DNA of 64,000 nucleotides. Source: an uncultured Acidobacteriaceae bacterium. Its GTDB lineage: Bacteria > Acidobacteriota > Terriglobia > Terriglobales > Acidobacteriaceae. Below the pieces are notes generated by a model that was not told where the DNA came from, did no database searches, and saw only the letters and a program-made list of their open reading frames with translations. The position numbers were made by a program, and so were the translations under genes. Below are positions 26,644-35,818 of the stretch, in pieces. Position 1 is the stretch's first letter. Each line of letters begins with the position of its first letter. The stretch is from assembly GCA_963798185.1 (NCBI GenBank), contig CAWCSJ010000013.1:217628-281627 (forward strand), read 5' to 3'.

Positions 26644-27029
26644 TTTCTTTACACTGTCATCCTGTCTATAACGACGTTGGCATTGTCAAGAGCACACGAA
26701 TCCTCTGCGCGCCGGAAGCGGAGTCAAGGGCGCCATCTTTTGGCGTTCATCTCGACCTTGACGCCGGTTCCGGCGCGCCCACCATGGAGCGAGGAACGAA
26801 GCGCAGCGCGGTAGAGCTGAGCTTCGTTCCTTAGCAGAAGATTTGGTCTTTCCTTGCATCCGATCTCCGGCTCGTTCTTCTGTAATCCGGCGATGGGACT
26901 GTCACCGGCACTCCCACCAGCCATCTATTCGGGTCTCCCATTCCCTTGCGGGAGGTTGGCCCATGATTACGGCTTCGATCTCCCCACCGTCTGCGGCAGG
27001 GAGGCAGGCTGCCCACTCAAGCGTTCGGT

Positions 27030-28077
27030 CTACTTTCGACCACAGTATGACTCGGGCTCACCTGCATGCGAGCGCCGGCGGCTGCGCCATTCGGCATAGC
27101 TGATGCCGTCGCGCAACATACAGTACAATCGCACCGCCAGCTTGCGGGCCACCGCTACTTTGGCCACCCCCGCGTGGGCGTGGGTGTGCTTGCAGTGGCC
27201 GTAAAAACGTTTCAACTCCGGGTCCAGACGCGCCGCACTGTGCCCGCCCTGCACCAGCAGGTAGCGCACAAACGAGTTGCCCTGCTTGCTGATGCCGCCC
27301 AACCGCTGCTTGCCTCCGCTGGAGCGTTCGCGCGGAATCAACCCGAAATAGCTGGCCACCTGGCGCGCTCCGGCAAATCGCTCCACCGGACCCAGCGTAA
27401 CCACCAAAGCCAAACTGATCACCGGCCCCACTCCGGGATGGCTCATCAGCCGTACCGCATCGGGTCGCGCTTGGGCTTCGCACCAGCACCGCCGTGTCTA
27501 GGCTGGCGATCTGCTGTTCCAGTTGGTCCAGCAGCCCAGCAAAGTCGTCCGCCGTTGGGCCGCGTACCGACCCAACGGCAGGGCTTCCAGTTGCTGCCGT
27601 CCGCTCCGCGTCCATAGTCGCCACTTCAGCTGCAGCCCCTGATTCAGCGCCAGAAACTGCAACTGATTCTTGACCTGGGTTTGCCACTGCACCAGCTTGT
27701 GCCGATGCACCAGCAACTGCCGCGCATCCCGGTCCGCCGCGACGGTACCCAGATGCGCGGAAAGCGCCCTTCCACCAGCAGCTTCACGATGTGCTCGGCA
27801 TCCCGCTTATCGGTCTTCTGCTGGCGGGTCATCGAAGCCCGGATCTGGGTGGCATCGCCCATCCATACCTGGTGCCCCAGCCCTTCCAGCAGGCGCTCGA
27901 ACCACCCGCTGAAACCCGTGCTCTCGATCCCCACCAACGCCCCCGCAGCCAGGCCACCATAGAACTCGATCGCCTCTTGCGGATGCGCTAGTCGCCGCTG
28001 CTGATCTCCCCCGTCTGTTTGTCAAAGATCGCTACTTGCTGAAACCCCGGATGGTAATCGCATCCTATAATCAACAT
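27030..28077 (-). mobile_element. IS110-family transposase gene, degraded (at least 3 frame disruptions)
   Basis: N-terminal MLIIGCDYHPGFQQVAIFD (ATG 28077) runs into a TAG. It continues in other frames as QQRRLAHPQEAIEFY..GIESTGFSGWFERLL, KLVQWQTQVKNQLQ and the C-terminal GVGPVISLALVV..FGLIPRERSSGGK. Element ends were not identified. Confidence 0.8.
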
Positions 28078-28272
28078 GGTCGGCTCCTTCTGAGCCCTTG
28101 ATCGGATTGCACCATCAATGTATGAGTTGGAGGAGTGTTGTAATAAGCGCAGGCGGCGCGTCGCCGCCGGAGTCGAAGGATCTGCGGTTCAACCGGTTGC
28201 GCCAGCGGCCGGTTTTTTTGTCATCCTAAGCGGCGAGTGAGGGAGGAGTCGAAGCACACCTGTTCTTCCCGT

Positions 28273-29058
28273 CTACTTCCCTTTGAACTGCGCCGGGCGC
28301 TTCTCCAGAAAGGCGCGGGTGCCTTCGTTCTTGTCCTCGGTGGCGCAGCAGACGGCAAACAGTGTGGCCTCCAGAAAAAGCCCGTCGGCCAGGGTGAGAT
28401 CGAAGCCGCGATTCACCGCTTCCATTGCGTACTGAATAGCAAGCGGCGCGTTGGCGATGATCTTGGCAGCGATGGCCTCGGCGCGCGCGATGAGGTCCGC
28501 TTGCGCAACGACCTCGTTCACCAGGCCAATGCGATGGGCTTCCTGCGCGGTAATCATCTCGCCAGTCAGAATCTGCTGCATCGCCAGTCCCTTGCCCACC
28601 AGCCGCGACAGCCGCTGGGTGCCGCCATATCCGGGGATCAGCCCAAGCTTTACCTCAGGCTGGCCGAGTTTGGCGTTGTCGCTGGCCAGGCGCATGGTGC
28701 AGGCCATCGCCAGCTCGCAACCGCCGCCAAGCGCGAAGCCGTTCACGCAGGCAATCACCGGCTTGCCAAGATTTTCGATGGCATCGACGATGGCCTGCCC
28801 GCGGTGGGTGTATTCCTTCGCCGAAACCGGTGTCTGCTGCGACAATTCGCCAATGTCGGCGCCGGCGACGAAGGCCTTCTCGCCCGCGCCGGTCAGGATG
28901 GCGACGCGCACGTCGGCGTCGTCCTTGATGGACGCGAAAGCATCTTTGAGCTCCTGCATGGTGGCCATGTTCAGCGCGTTAAGCACCTTCGGCCGGTCAA
29001 TGGTGATGTAGGCAATGTGGTTTTTCTTTTCGAACTTGATGTTTTGGAAGTCGGTCAT
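28273..29058 (-). CDS. enoyl-CoA hydratase (crotonase family)
   Basis: 261 aa. ITIDRPKVLNALN and GAGEKAFVAGADI are present. Confidence 0.88.
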   Translation of the reverse strand: MTDFQNIKFEKKNHIAYITIDRPKVLNALNMATMQELKDAFASIKDDADVRVAILTGAGEKAFVAGADIGELSQQTPVSAKEYTHRGQAIVDAIENLGKPVIACVNGFALGGGCELAMACTMRLASDNAKLGQPEVKLGLIPGYGGTQRLSRLVGKGLAMQQILTGEMITAQEAHRIGLVNEVVAQADLIARAEAIAAKIIANAPLAIQYAMEAVNRGFDLTLADGLFLEATLFAVCCATEDKNEGTRAFLEKRPAQFKGK

Positions 29059-29118
29059 GGATTTGCCTTTCGGCTAATGAGAATTGTGAATGCGATGCGT
29101 GAAAGTTTTGTGTCGACG

Positions 29119-29212
29119 TGTGCCGTCCCTACGGGACTCGGTTCTTAAAACACTCCCACCCAGCGCTGAAGCGCTGGGCTATCTTATGCCGTCCCACTGC
29201 GTGGGACTCGTT
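29119..29212. repeat. REP-like multi-hairpin element (C-type)
   Basis: GTCCCTACGGGAC, CCCAGCGCTGAAGCGCTGGG and GTCCCACTGCGTGGGAC. Its reverse complement is colinear with 63425-63515. Confidence 0.85.
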
Positions 29213-29240
29213 TCTAAAAACAGCATTCAGCATCGCCAAA

Positions 29241-29282
29241 GCACTTGCTAACGGCTAATTGCCAAATGCTAAATGCTGGTTG
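29241..29282. repeat. heptamer array, about 6 units (CTAACGG CTAATTG CCAAATG CTAAATG)
   Basis: Ends 1 nt before the stop-codon complement of the gene ending at 29284. Confidence 0.8.
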
Positions 29283-29283
29283 G

Positions 29284-30180
29284 CTATACAAACTTTCCCG
29301 GCACCGGCTTGTTGGGGTCGGTGTAATCGTAGAAGCCTTTGCCGGTCTTGCGGCCGTACCAGCCGGCCAGCACCAGTCGGCGCAGCAGCGGAGGCGAGGC
29401 GAAGCGCGGCTCCTTGAATTCGTCAAACATGACGTGCGTGATGTAATACGTGGTGTCGAGGCCGACAAAATCGAGCAGCGTAAACGGTCCCATCGGGTAT
29501 CCGCATCCCAGCTTCATGGCTTCGTCGATGTCGGTGATGGAGCCGACGCCCTCCTCATACGCGCGAATTGCGTCGAGTAAATACGGTACCAGCAGCCGGT
29601 TTACGATGAATCCAGTTTTATCGCTGGTGCGCACCGGCACCTTGCCCAGCTTCTTGGCGAACTCATACGCGGTGTCGTACACCTCGGGCGCGGTGGCGAT
29701 GGTCTTTACCACTTCCACCATCTTCATCATGGGGACAGGATTGAAGAAGTGCAGCCCGATGAAGCGCTCCGGCCGCTTGGTGGCCGTCATCAACTCGGTG
29801 ACAGAGATCGATGACGTGTTGGTGGCGAAGATGGCGTCCTTCTTCACGACGGCGTCGAGCTGCGCGTAGGTCTTGCGTTTCTCTTCGACGTTTTCGATGA
29901 TGGCCTCGATGACGATATCGCGGTCGGCGAGGTCCTGCATGTTGGTCGTGCCCTTCAGGCGCGACTGCGCTTGCGTTTTTTGCTCGGCGGTCAGGCCGCC
30001 TTTCTCCGGACCGCGCTCGACCAGGCGCGACAGGGATTTCTCAATGCCGGCAAAGCCCTTGTCAAGAAACTTCTGGTCTTGTTCGAGCACCACCACGTCG
30101 AAACCCGCGGTGGCCGCCACTTGCGCGATGCCTGAGCCCATCAGGCCACAACCGAGCACGCCAACTTTTTTGATATCCAT
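29284..30180 (-). CDS. hbd: 3-hydroxybutyryl-CoA / 3-hydroxyacyl-CoA dehydrogenase
   Basis: 298 aa. Rossmann N-terminus is KKVGVLGCGLMGSGIAQV. Confidence 0.88.
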   Translation of the reverse strand: MDIKKVGVLGCGLMGSGIAQVAATAGFDVVVLEQDQKFLDKGFAGIEKSLSRLVERGPEKGGLTAEQKTQAQSRLKGTTNMQDLADRDIVIEAIIENVEEKRKTYAQLDAVVKKDAIFATNTSSISVTELMTATKRPERFIGLHFFNPVPMMKMVEVVKTIATAPEVYDTAYEFAKKLGKVPVRTSDKTGFIVNRLLVPYLLDAIRAYEEGVGSITDIDEAMKLGCGYPMGPFTLLDFVGLDTTYYITHVMFDEFKEPRFASPPLLRRLVLAGWYGRKTGKGFYDYTDPNKPVPGKFV

Positions 30181-30237
30181 GAGTGCGCCTTCCTTCTTTG
30201 AATGGATCGATCAGTCAAAGGTGCTGAGTCCATAATT

Positions 30238-30328
30238 TTGTCATCACGAGCGAAGCGAGGGATCTGCTCTTGGGTGGTTGGGGAAAAAGCAGATTCCTCG
30301 CGCCAAAATCCGGCGCTCGTAATGACAA
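30238..30328. repeat. nested-palindrome MITE-like element (A-type) inside an operon
   Basis: TTGTCATCACGAGCGAAGCGAGGGATCTGCT ... AGCAGATTCCTCGCG ... GCGCTCGTAATGACAA. Confidence 0.85.
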
Positions 30329-30329
30329 T

Positions 30330-30758
30330 TCATAACGTCCTGGCGCCTGCTTCCTTCTGTCCCGTGCCCGCTTCCGTGATGCGAGTGTTTTGCATTGCCG
30401 CAATGCGCCAGTTGCCGTCGACTTTTTCGGCAACGATGGTCGGGCGCGCTTCCACGTCGCCAGCAGCGCCGCCCTCTGGAAACTGCAAAAACTGGCGAAG
30501 GAGAATGATGGCGACGCCCGGGCGCAGAAACCGGATCTTCTCGACGCTATACCTTACGGTGCTCCCTTTGTAGATGGTTCCGAAGATCATGCGGTGGCCG
30601 GTTTCGATGGCAGCTCGTCCGGCATAGTAACCGCCGAGAATGTGGATGAAGTCGGCATCGTCCATGAAGAGCGCAGCAAAGCTGGTGCTGTCGGCCGCAT
30701 TCCATGCAGCTTCCAACTGATACACCATCCCATGCAATGCCCGTTCTTCGCTGGTCAC
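30330..30758 (-). CDS. NTF2-like (SnoaL/DUF4440, SgcJ/EcaC-type) protein
   Basis: I prefer the GTG start at 30758 (AAGGA 8 nt upstream, just after the thiolase stop). The LEAAWNAADSTSFAALFMDDADFI pattern is present. Confidence 0.65.
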   Translation of the reverse strand: MTSEERALHGMVYQLEAAWNAADSTSFAALFMDDADFIHILGGYYAGRAAIETGHRMIFGTIYKGSTVRYSVEKIRFLRPGVAIILLRQFLQFPEGGAAGDVEARPTIVAEKVDGNWRIAAMQNTRITEAGTGQKEAGARTL

Positions 30759-30769
30759 GCTTAATGTCC

Positions 30770-31972
30770 TTATCGCTGCAGATTTTCGATGATGACCGCG
30801 ATGCCCTGGCCGCCACCAATGCACGCGGTCGACAATCCGTACTTACCCTTGCGACGGCGGAGTTCGTTCATCAGCGTGATGAGCAGGCGCGTGCCGGTTG
30901 CGCCCAACGGATGCCCGAGCGCGATGGCGCCACCATTGACGTTGACCTTTTTGCGGTCCAATCCCAACTCTTTCTCGACGGCCAGATACTGCGCGGCAAA
31001 GGCCTCGTTCACTTCGATCAAATCGATGTCGTCGAGCTTCAGCCCGGCTTTCTTCAGCGCGATGCGCGTGGAGGGAACCGGCCCGGCGCCCATAATCTTG
31101 GGATCGACACCGGCAATTCCCCAAGCCACGATTCGCGCCATGGGCTTCAGATTACCTTTCTCAGCTTCGGCAAGTGGCATCACGACAACGGCCGCGCCGC
31201 CATCCACAATTCCGCTGGCATTGCCGGCGGTGACCGAGCCGTTCTTCCCGAACGCGGGCTTCAGCTTCGCCAGGGTCTCCATTGTGGTCTCGGGACGGCG
31301 ATGGTCGTCCTCGGTGAACATCTCGCCCGTCGGCTCGCCTTTGCGATTGCGCAGCGCGACCGGGGTTGTCTCTTCCTGATGCCGTCCCGCCTTGTGGGCT
31401 TCGTCAGCAAGCTGCTGCGAGCGCAGCGCGAACTCATCCTGCATTTCGCGCGTCACGCCGTGCTGGCTGGCGTAAAGCTCGGCCGTGTTCGCCATGTACA
31501 GGCCGCAATAGGTATCGAGCAGCGCCACCATGAGCGAGTCCTCAAGCTTGCCTTCGCCGAGGCCGACCCCCCAACGCATGCCGCGGATCACGTGCGGGGC
31601 TTGCGACATGGATTCCATGCCCCCGGCGAGCACAGTTGTAGCCTCGCCCAGTTGAATCATCTGCGCGGCACTCACCACGGACTGCATGCCTGAGCCACAC
31701 AGCCGGTTCACGGTCAGCGCCGGCACTTCGATGGGCACACCGGCTTTGAGCGATACGTGACGCGCGCCGTACAGAGCATCTCCTGAGGTCTGCTGCGCGT
31801 TGCCCATCACCACGTGATCAATTTCGGCGGGCTCGACGCCCGAGCGTCGCATGGCTTCCTCGGAGGCGATTGCGCCCAAATCCATGGCGGTAAAGTCGCG
31901 CAGCTTGCCGCAGTAGCGGCCCATGGGCGTGCGGGCCCCGTTGACGATAACAATTTCCGTTGTGTTCGACAT
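30770..31972 (-). CDS. acetyl-CoA C-acetyltransferase (thiolase II)
   Basis: 400 aa. NRLCGSGMQS (active Cys), GHPLGATGTRLL and CIGGGQG are present. Confidence 0.92.
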   Translation of the reverse strand: MSNTTEIVIVNGARTPMGRYCGKLRDFTAMDLGAIASEEAMRRSGVEPAEIDHVVMGNAQQTSGDALYGARHVSLKAGVPIEVPALTVNRLCGSGMQSVVSAAQMIQLGEATTVLAGGMESMSQAPHVIRGMRWGVGLGEGKLEDSLMVALLDTYCGLYMANTAELYASQHGVTREMQDEFALRSQQLADEAHKAGRHQEETTPVALRNRKGEPTGEMFTEDDHRRPETTMETLAKLKPAFGKNGSVTAGNASGIVDGGAAVVVMPLAEAEKGNLKPMARIVAWGIAGVDPKIMGAGPVPSTRIALKKAGLKLDDIDLIEVNEAFAAQYLAVEKELGLDRKKVNVNGGAIALGHPLGATGTRLLITLMNELRRRKGKYGLSTACIGGGQGIAVIIENLQR

Positions 31973-32295
31973 AGGTAGTAAGGAAGGTGAGGCGAAGACC
32001 TGACGTAACCTTCGAGTTTATCAGCCTGCGAAGAGGAGCGGCAACCGCAGGCACGACTCCCACTCGTTCGAAAACCGCGAATGTGTGCACCCGGCAAGCT
32101 GTTCGCTTCTGGACAAGAAATCCTGAATCCGGACGTTCGCGCCTTCTTGCTGTGGCGCATGCGCGAGCGTATGTCTGTTCAGCCACAGTAATTTGCGCAG
32201 GCATTAAGGATGGTCAAGCAAATGTAGTAGATGTAGGGAGAAATCTGCGGCTGTGGCACTACGTGCACTCTCTTGGGATGAGGAAAGAGGCGGGT

Positions 32296-32736
32296 ATGGC
32301 AAAGATTGAGCGCATTCGTCAGGACGCACCGGGCTCATTTGGGCCGGAAGAGTTGGCGCAGAAGGCCGGACAGGGCTGGAAGCTGGTCGCGGCGGAATGG
32401 GAGCGCGAAGTCCCCGACGAGCAGGCTGCCGCGCACGCTGCGGAGGAAGTGCCATTCGGGTTGCAGGTGGTTGCCAACGATCCTCCGCATCTGGCAGAAA
32501 ATCCTACTGAGCGGGAAGTGCTGTTCCTGATGATGGAGTTCACCATCCAGGATGGGCCGTATTCGGTGATCGCCGAAGAACTAAACCGGCGAGGATATCG
32601 CACTCGTCAAGGAATGGCATGGACGCCGATTTCGGTTTTTCAGATGTTGCCACGACTGATTGAGGTGGGGCCGCGAATTTTCGCGACTGAGGAATGGCAA
32701 CAGCGCAGGGCGCGGCTGGGGAAGGTGGGGACATGA
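32296..32736 (+). CDS. orphan protein with a serine-recombinase 'Recombinase' domain-like segment and no catalytic domain
   Basis: ATG at 32296 follows AGGAAAGAGG. The segment SVIAEELNRRGYRTRQGMAWTPISVFQML resembles the PF07508-type motif. Confidence 0.5.
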   Translation: MAKIERIRQDAPGSFGPEELAQKAGQGWKLVAAEWEREVPDEQAAAHAAEEVPFGLQVVANDPPHLAENPTEREVLFLMMEFTIQDGPYSVIAEELNRRGYRTRQGMAWTPISVFQMLPRLIEVGPRIFATEEWQQRRARLGKVGT

Positions 32737-32750
32737 ATCGCTTTGAAAGG

Positions 32751-32840
32751 GTGCGGCTTCAGCCGCGCCGTTAGTTGCGCATTGAGCTTTGGGCTTCAGC
32801 CCCTGAGGGGACCCGCACCTAGGGCGCACCCCGCGGACCG
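32751..32840. repeat. REP-like hairpins (C-type variant)
   Basis: GGCTTCAGCC appears twice. GC-rich palindromes resemble those at 42860-42960. Confidence 0.55.
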
Positions 32841-32873
32841 TTGAGGTCGAGGTCGGCAATGCAACCGGGTCAG

Positions 32874-33110
32874 CTACTGAATGATGTCGCTGAGCGGTTG
32901 GCCCCAGGATTCGCGCCGCGTGCCGAAGGTCTCTTCGCAGGCGTCGCAGTACCATTCGGGGCTGTCTGGGCGAATGCAACAGCCTCCCAGCACGTATCCG
33001 TCCTGAGCGAATTCCGGCGGTTCGTCTGAGGGCAGACGCCCGTAAGCAATCTTCTTCACATCGTCCTTGCTATCGCACCGGGGGCAGATCGGGGTTGGAC
33101 GGGGTTTCAT
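32874..33110 (-). CDS. small Cys-rich (zinc-ribbon-like) protein
   Basis: 78 aa with CPRC ... GGCC ... CDAC spacing. No family recognised. Confidence 0.45.
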   Translation of the reverse strand: MKPRPTPICPRCDSKDDVKKIAYGRLPSDEPPEFAQDGYVLGGCCIRPDSPEWYCDACEETFGTRRESWGQPLSDIIQ

Positions 33111-33180
33111 CTCTTCATGATTGTACTGGTTGGGTAAGGCTGGTCAAGCCTCTGGTGTCAACGTTGCGTGTGATAAGAAG

Positions 33181-33256
33181 CAGTTGTCAGTAGCCAGTTG
33201 TCAGTTGTGAGCGAGAGCAACCCCAGACCCTTCGACTCCTCGCTTTGCTCGTCGCT
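33181..33256. repeat. heptamer 28-mer CAGTTGTCAGTAGCCAGTTGTCAGTTGT plus a B-type arm fragment
   Basis: The 28-mer is identical to 14718-14745. CCCTTCGACTCCTCGC lies at 33228. Confidence 0.85.
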
Positions 33257-33292
33257 TAGAGGTGACAGAGAGAGCTATCTGTAGCCGAAGGT

Positions 33293-33994
33293 TTATTGAA
33301 CCTGGTGCACCAATATCCGACTTCGAGAGCGGATGGTTTGCCCTTGCTGCACTTGCGTTCCGCTGCATTCAGTTCTGAAACTTGAGCGATTGGAGTAGGA
33401 GTTGGAGTCCGACTCGGCCTGGTCGCTGTCGGCGGCAGAATCAGAGATCCGCAGGGAAACCTGCATTTGTTCTGCGGCCATCCGAGCGCTTTGGGCGGCG
33501 ATGCGCTTCGCAATTGCGGCGGTTTGGGCCCGAAGCTGGCGATCGATATCGGCCGCCATGTTTGCTCCCCACTTAATCTGAATGGCGCTGTTGTGCGCCA
33601 TCCGGTCGCGCATTCTCGAGGCTTGGCGCTGAGCGCGGTCCGCTTCACGCCGGCCCAGTTCGGCCTGACGCAAGGCGGTGTCGCGCGCGCACTGGGCGGC
33701 TGCGATGTTCTGCCGCGCGACTTCTTCGGCGGCCTTGGCTTGTGCCATTGCAATGGGCAGGTTCATGTCGGCCATCAACTGCGCCTCGTCGGGATAATCC
33801 GGAGACAGGTAGGTCCGCACCTTGCTCATGAAGTGGGACAAGGCAGAGGTATCAGCGTTGCACTTCGCTTTCAGGTTCGCTCCGGCATTTTGACTATACG
33901 AAAGCAAAGCCGGCTCGACCGTCCGCAATCCGTTAGAGAACACCGCGAAGGTCGCAATGACCGCCAGGGTCGCCACCAGATATCTGCGCTCCAT
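33293..33994 (-). CDS. hypothetical exported or membrane-anchored coiled-coil protein
   Basis: 233 aa. AGGAGG lies 5 nt upstream. N-terminal hydrophobic helix, then an Ala/Gln/Arg-rich helical body. Confidence 0.6.
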   Translation of the reverse strand: MERRYLVATLAVIATFAVFSNGLRTVEPALLSYSQNAGANLKAKCNADTSALSHFMSKVRTYLSPDYPDEAQLMADMNLPIAMAQAKAAEEVARQNIAAAQCARDTALRQAELGRREADRAQRQASRMRDRMAHNSAIQIKWGANMAADIDRQLRAQTAAIAKRIAAQSARMAAEQMQVSLRISDSAADSDQAESDSNSYSNRSSFRTECSGTQVQQGQTIRSRSRILVHQVQ

Positions 33995-34283
33995 ACTGCC
34001 TCCTGGTACATCTTTAAGACGCGAGAGCTATTCGATCGTTAGGATTTTTCTTGTCCTATAATCGGCGTTCTTTACGGAAGATAAGTACACGTGGCGTGCC
34101 ATTCGGGGATTCTCGTAAGTAGTTGCTGAAATTAGGGTTGTGGCCATGAAGAGTTAGGCCTGGTGCAGGCGAGCGCCCGAAATCAGAATGGCTTGTCCAC
34201 GGGCGGACAGGCAGGCCTGTTAACCTTTCCGAGACGCCTGAAGACTTTACACACTTTTTGGATTGCTTGCATTTTAGGCAAGG

Positions 34284-34484
34284 TCAGCGAAACAGCTTCT
34301 TGTGGAACTTGGGGCCGTCTCCGTCAGGGTTCAGCGCGATCGAGACGAATCCGAACGAGTTTCTAACCTGTCCGTAGGCTTTGCCGCCGGGACCCATCAC
34401 TTCTCCCGACACCTGTAGGAACTCTCCTGAAAAAGCAATACCACCCTCGCCGAAGACATGCCATTTGCCCTCTGCACGTTTCAC
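34284..34484 (-). CDS. hypothetical small protein; possibly the 3' half of a frameshifted gene
   Basis: GTG start overlaps the upstream stop (GTGA). One extra G in the G5 run (34488-34492) would fuse it to 34481..34693. Confidence 0.4.
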   Translation of the reverse strand: MKRAEGKWHVFGEGGIAFSGEFLQVSGEVMGPGGKAYGQVRNSFGFVSIALNPDGDGPKFHKKLFR

Positions 34485-34693
34485 TGTCCCCCACTATCCA
34501 ACTCCTGCTGGAAGCTGTGATCAGGCTTCAGAACCAAGGTCGCCTTTTCCCGACGCAGTTGAAGGGTGTATGTTCCGGCTACAGCGCGATCACTGAAATT
34601 TTCGCCTTCCCAAAACCAGAATGTAAAGATCCCGGTAATCAGCAGGAAGATCACACCTAATCCCGCAAAATATTTTGAGGCAGTCATCTTCAT
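34481..34693 (-). CDS. hypothetical small membrane protein; possibly the 5' half of a frameshifted gene
   Basis: Starts MKMTASKYFAGLGVIFLLITGIF, 2 nt after the M50 protease stop. Confidence 0.45.
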   Translation of the reverse strand: MKMTASKYFAGLGVIFLLITGIFTFWFWEGENFSDRAVAGTYTLQLRREKATLVLKPDHSFQQELDSGGQ

Positions 34694-34695
34694 CA

Positions 34696-35691
34696 CTAGC
34701 TGCCGAACAACGAGCCGCCGCGAATGGGCGCGAGGGCGAACGTCAAGACGAGCAGGAGGACAGCCACCAGCACAATCAATCGGCGATTGTCGTCGAGCGG
34801 AGGCCACTGAGGAACGTTAGGGTGGCGCAGGCCGGTGAATGCCAGTATCACGGCCCAAACCAGCCATCCCGGCCAGAAGAAAATACCCAGAGGTATGAGC
34901 ACAAGAATGCAGGAGCGCGTCACCCACTTGTGGGCTCGCGGCGCGACCGCATAAATGATATGACCGCCGTCGAGTTGTCCACCGGGCAGAAGGTTCAGCG
35001 CAGTGGCAAACATTCCGACCCAGGCCGCAATTCCGACCGGATGCAGATAGAGGTCGGCGAGCGGGACCGCATGGTGCGTCAGGGGTGCCAACATGCGATG
35101 CACGAGGCTGAAGATGAGGGGATAGCCGAGATTCAACGCTGAATCGGCCGCCATGGGAGGCGTCGGTTTGGAAAGCGCCAGGCCCCAGAACAGCACTGGC
35201 AGCGCTACCACAAAGCCTGCGATGGGGCCGGCGATGCCGATGTCGAACAACGCCTGCCGCGAGCGAATGGGCGACTTGATGCGAATGACCGCGCCGAAGG
35301 TGCCGATTAAAGTTGGGGCTGGAATGAAATAGGGAAGTGTCGCGTAAACGCCATTTCTCTGCGCGACGATGAAATGCCCGAACTCGTGCGCCAGCAGAAT
35401 CCCCATCAGAGTCAGCGAGAAGGGAATGCCGAGCACCAGGTTTGACGGGTGCTGCAGCAGCCATTTCAGGTGAAACAGCGGCAGCACAACCGAGTCCTCA
35501 GAAAATGCCGGTAGGTTGTGCAGAAAATTGTATTGCAGGCGCGCGCCCACCGTCAGCGTCGTAAACAGCGTGACCAGCAACAACAAGATGTGCAGCCAGT
35601 ACGGTCTCCGCGGACGGGGAGCGACGATATAGACCGGGGGCCGGGCCGGGACTTCGAAGGTGTAAGAGGCCGGTGGCGTGGGATCAGACAT
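34696..35691 (-). CDS. site-2 protease family (M50) membrane metalloprotease
   Basis: HEFGH zinc motif in LLAHEFGHFIVAQ. Multiple TM helices. I prefer ATG 35691 (MSDPTPP) because the longer ORF overlaps the HU gene. Confidence 0.8.
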   Translation of the reverse strand: MSDPTPPASYTFEVPARPPVYIVAPRPRRPYWLHILLLLVTLFTTLTVGARLQYNFLHNLPAFSEDSVVLPLFHLKWLLQHPSNLVLGIPFSLTLMGILLAHEFGHFIVAQRNGVYATLPYFIPAPTLIGTFGAVIRIKSPIRSRQALFDIGIAGPIAGFVVALPVLFWGLALSKPTPPMAADSALNLGYPLIFSLVHRMLAPLTHHAVPLADLYLHPVGIAAWVGMFATALNLLPGGQLDGGHIIYAVAPRAHKWVTRSCILVLIPLGIFFWPGWLVWAVILAFTGLRHPNVPQWPPLDDNRRLIVLVAVLLLVLTFALAPIRGGSLFGS

Positions 35692-35818
35692 CGTGTACTT
35701 GGATGATAGACGAAGCGCGCGAAAAACGACTAACCAGCACGCATCGCCGGTCGGCGGCGGGGTGAACACAACTGCCAAGCAACGTAAGTTGACGAGGCCC
35801 GGCCAACCGCCGGAGTCG

